From the NCBI RefSeq assembly GCF_011386835.1, contig NC_088800.1, positions 82,708,001 through 82,772,000 of the forward strand: 64,000 nt of DNA, given 5' to 3'. The notes under the pieces are model-generated. The model was not told where the DNA came from, made no database searches, and saw only the letters and a program-made list of their open reading frames with translations. Positions 62,061 through 64,000 of the stretch are shown here, one piece after another. Position 1 is the first letter of the stretch; every line of letters begins with the position of its first letter. Position numbers and translations under genes: made by a program. Origin of the DNA: Chrysemys picta bellii. Lineage: Eukaryota.

Positions 62061-63188
62061 CACTTGGGCAACTGAACCCATGGGAGCACTCACGTGAGCA
62101 GGGGTTGTAGGATCAAATCCTAAATAGCTGGGGCTGGATTGTGTCTTTTAAGGCATGGTTTTGTCCTGGGTGGAGTGGCAGGGAGCACCACTACGCTTTC
62201 TTCCTAAGAGAGGCACAATACCTTCCCAATCTCCCCGCTGTGCAAGGGGAATGCCAGACTGCCACATGCCTTTATGGGAATTAGTTTACTCCTCCCTGTG
62301 CACCGCTCCCTTCACAAACTTGTCTACTTCCTACTCCATTTCGACCCCTTTGAGGCACTATGCACCATGGGGGGGGAATATGGAGTGAGAAGTGCCTGCA
62401 ATTTTATACCTGCCACACTAGGGTGTGATGTGGGGGAGGCTCCATGTGCCTTCCTGCCCCACTTCACAGCCGTGTAAGGGCCAGACACCACCAGAGGCAA
62501 GCTATTTTTTTACCTTCATATTAGTCGCATTATTTCCCTGGGAACAGAAATCAGACTCCCAGCGCAGTAATTGCCAGGAGAGCCTTTTTTTCCTTTTGGG
62601 AAGATCTTTGCTTTTCTCCTTTCACCTGGTACTGTACTAGATGTCCATGCTGTTTCATAAATAATTGAACCAATGGCTCAGAGTAAGTTTTTGAGCTAAT
62701 TAAAATTAATACCCTAGGATGCATATCACATACACTGGCCTATTTGTGCATGTTCACATCTTGCAAGCATTCTCTACCCTGCTCTCTCTCAATAGTTATT
62801 TTTACAGGGTTCTTCTTAGTCCTCAACTACTTTTGAGTCCTGTTAACGTCCTCCCACCTTTTGAATGGCCAGGTGCTTTGAGTAGGATGAAACATTGGAA
62901 AGACAGCACAACAGAGATGACGATCCATCGCTTTAACCTGATGTACTGGCTTTCTATGTTTTTTCCAAGGACAATGCTATGTAGATTTAAACAGAATGAG
63001 GGGCAAAAGTAAGAGAGATACCCAAATCAATGGGAGAGAGGAGTAGGAAGAGGACAGAGTCTGGGACTTGTAAGACTCCCTGGGCAGCAGCTTCACCTGC
63101 CTGCTTTGTGGGCAGTTGCACGTTTTATTCTGGTCTCGGCGGGATTAATTACATGACAGGCAGAATTCAAGGAGTATGATGTCAAGAC

Positions 63189-63843
63189 GAAAGCAACAGA
63201 CAGTCTTGTGGCACCTTTAAGACTAACAGATGTATTGGAGCAAAAGCTTTCGTGGTTGAATGCCCACTTCGTCGGATGCATGTAATGGAAATTTTCAGGA
63301 GCTGGTATAAATATGCTGGCAAGAATCAGTCTGGAGATAACGAGGTTAGTTCAATCAGTTTCTCCTCCCTTGGTGTTCTCACTTCAACTGCTACCCTGTT
63401 TCCCCGAAAATAAGACAGTGTCTTATATTAATTTTTGCTCCCAAAGATGCGCTAGGTCTTATTTTCAGGGGATGTCTTATTTTTCAGAAATGAAAAATGC
63501 CTTATTATCGGTGGATGCCTGATTATCGGGGAGGTCTTATTATCGGGGGGATGCCTTATATTACAACGAGAGGCAAAACTGTAAGTAGGCCTTATTTTCG
63601 GAGGATGTCTTATTTTCGGGGAAACAGGGTAGCAGAGGACCTCACCCTCCCTGATTGAACTAACCTCGTTATCTCCACACTGATTTATACCTGCCTCTGG
63701 AAATTTCCATTACATGCATCCGACGAAGTGGGCATTCAACCACGAAAGCTTTTGCTCCAATACAACCGTTAGTCTTAAAGGTGCCACAGGACTCTCTGTT
63801 GCTTTTTACAGATCCAGACTAACATGACTACCCCTCTGATACT
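63189..63843 (+). mobile_element. Penelope-like fold-back insertion with ~170-bp arms and nested MITE
   Basis: About 63189-63357 is inverted relative to about 63650-63805. Hammerhead motifs at 63240-63279 (-) and 63716-63755 (+), CCGACGA core. 12-bp TSD tgatgtcaagac (63177-63188, 63844-63855). Confidence 0.93.
63394..63629. mobile_element. Tc1/mariner-superfamily (pogo/Tc2-like) MITE, 236 bp
   Basis: Perfect 24-bp TIR ccctgtttccccgaaaataagaca, TA TSD (63392-63393, 63630-63631). Confidence 0.93.
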
Positions 63844-64000
63844 TGATGTCAAGACTTTTAGCTTTAGCAAGACTTGCCTGGGTCAACAAAACCCAGCTGA
63901 AAGATGGTGTGTGTTAAATAGCATGTTCAGTAACTGCTTGTAAAACCAGCACAACAGTAATATACACAATTCCCTTAAGGGCTGTAAGATCTCTGATTCT

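Overview
Repeat-rich vertebrate genomic DNA, most likely turtle. That assignment is my inference from the repeat families, which I recognise as typical of Testudines: CR1 LINEs, Penelope-like elements (PLE), hAT, PIF/Harbinger and Tc1/mariner MITEs, Gypsy LTRs, MIR-like SINEs and LF-SINE. There is no complete protein-coding gene, rRNA or tRNA. Only two six-frame ORF groups have recognisable protein homology: CR1 ORF2 C-terminal remnants and a Gypsy integrase with exact D-35-E spacing. Three short minus-strand segments have canonical splice signals and one open frame each, so the window may be mostly intron of an unidentified minus-strand gene. The most structured signal is a set of ten short PLE-derived insertions. 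Eight have clear 11-17 bp target-site duplications (TSDs), and most carry minimal type-I hammerhead ribozyme motifs, often as fold-back palindromes. Two independent copies share the same fold-back apex, and within each copy the two arms co-vary. There is also an unexplained 218-bp inverted duplication (96% identity) around 1.36 kb of mostly unique DNA. PLE hammerheads and inverted 5' ends are already known. I found no evidence for a wholly new biological system, only specific testable oddities. All calls were made by eye, without database searches.
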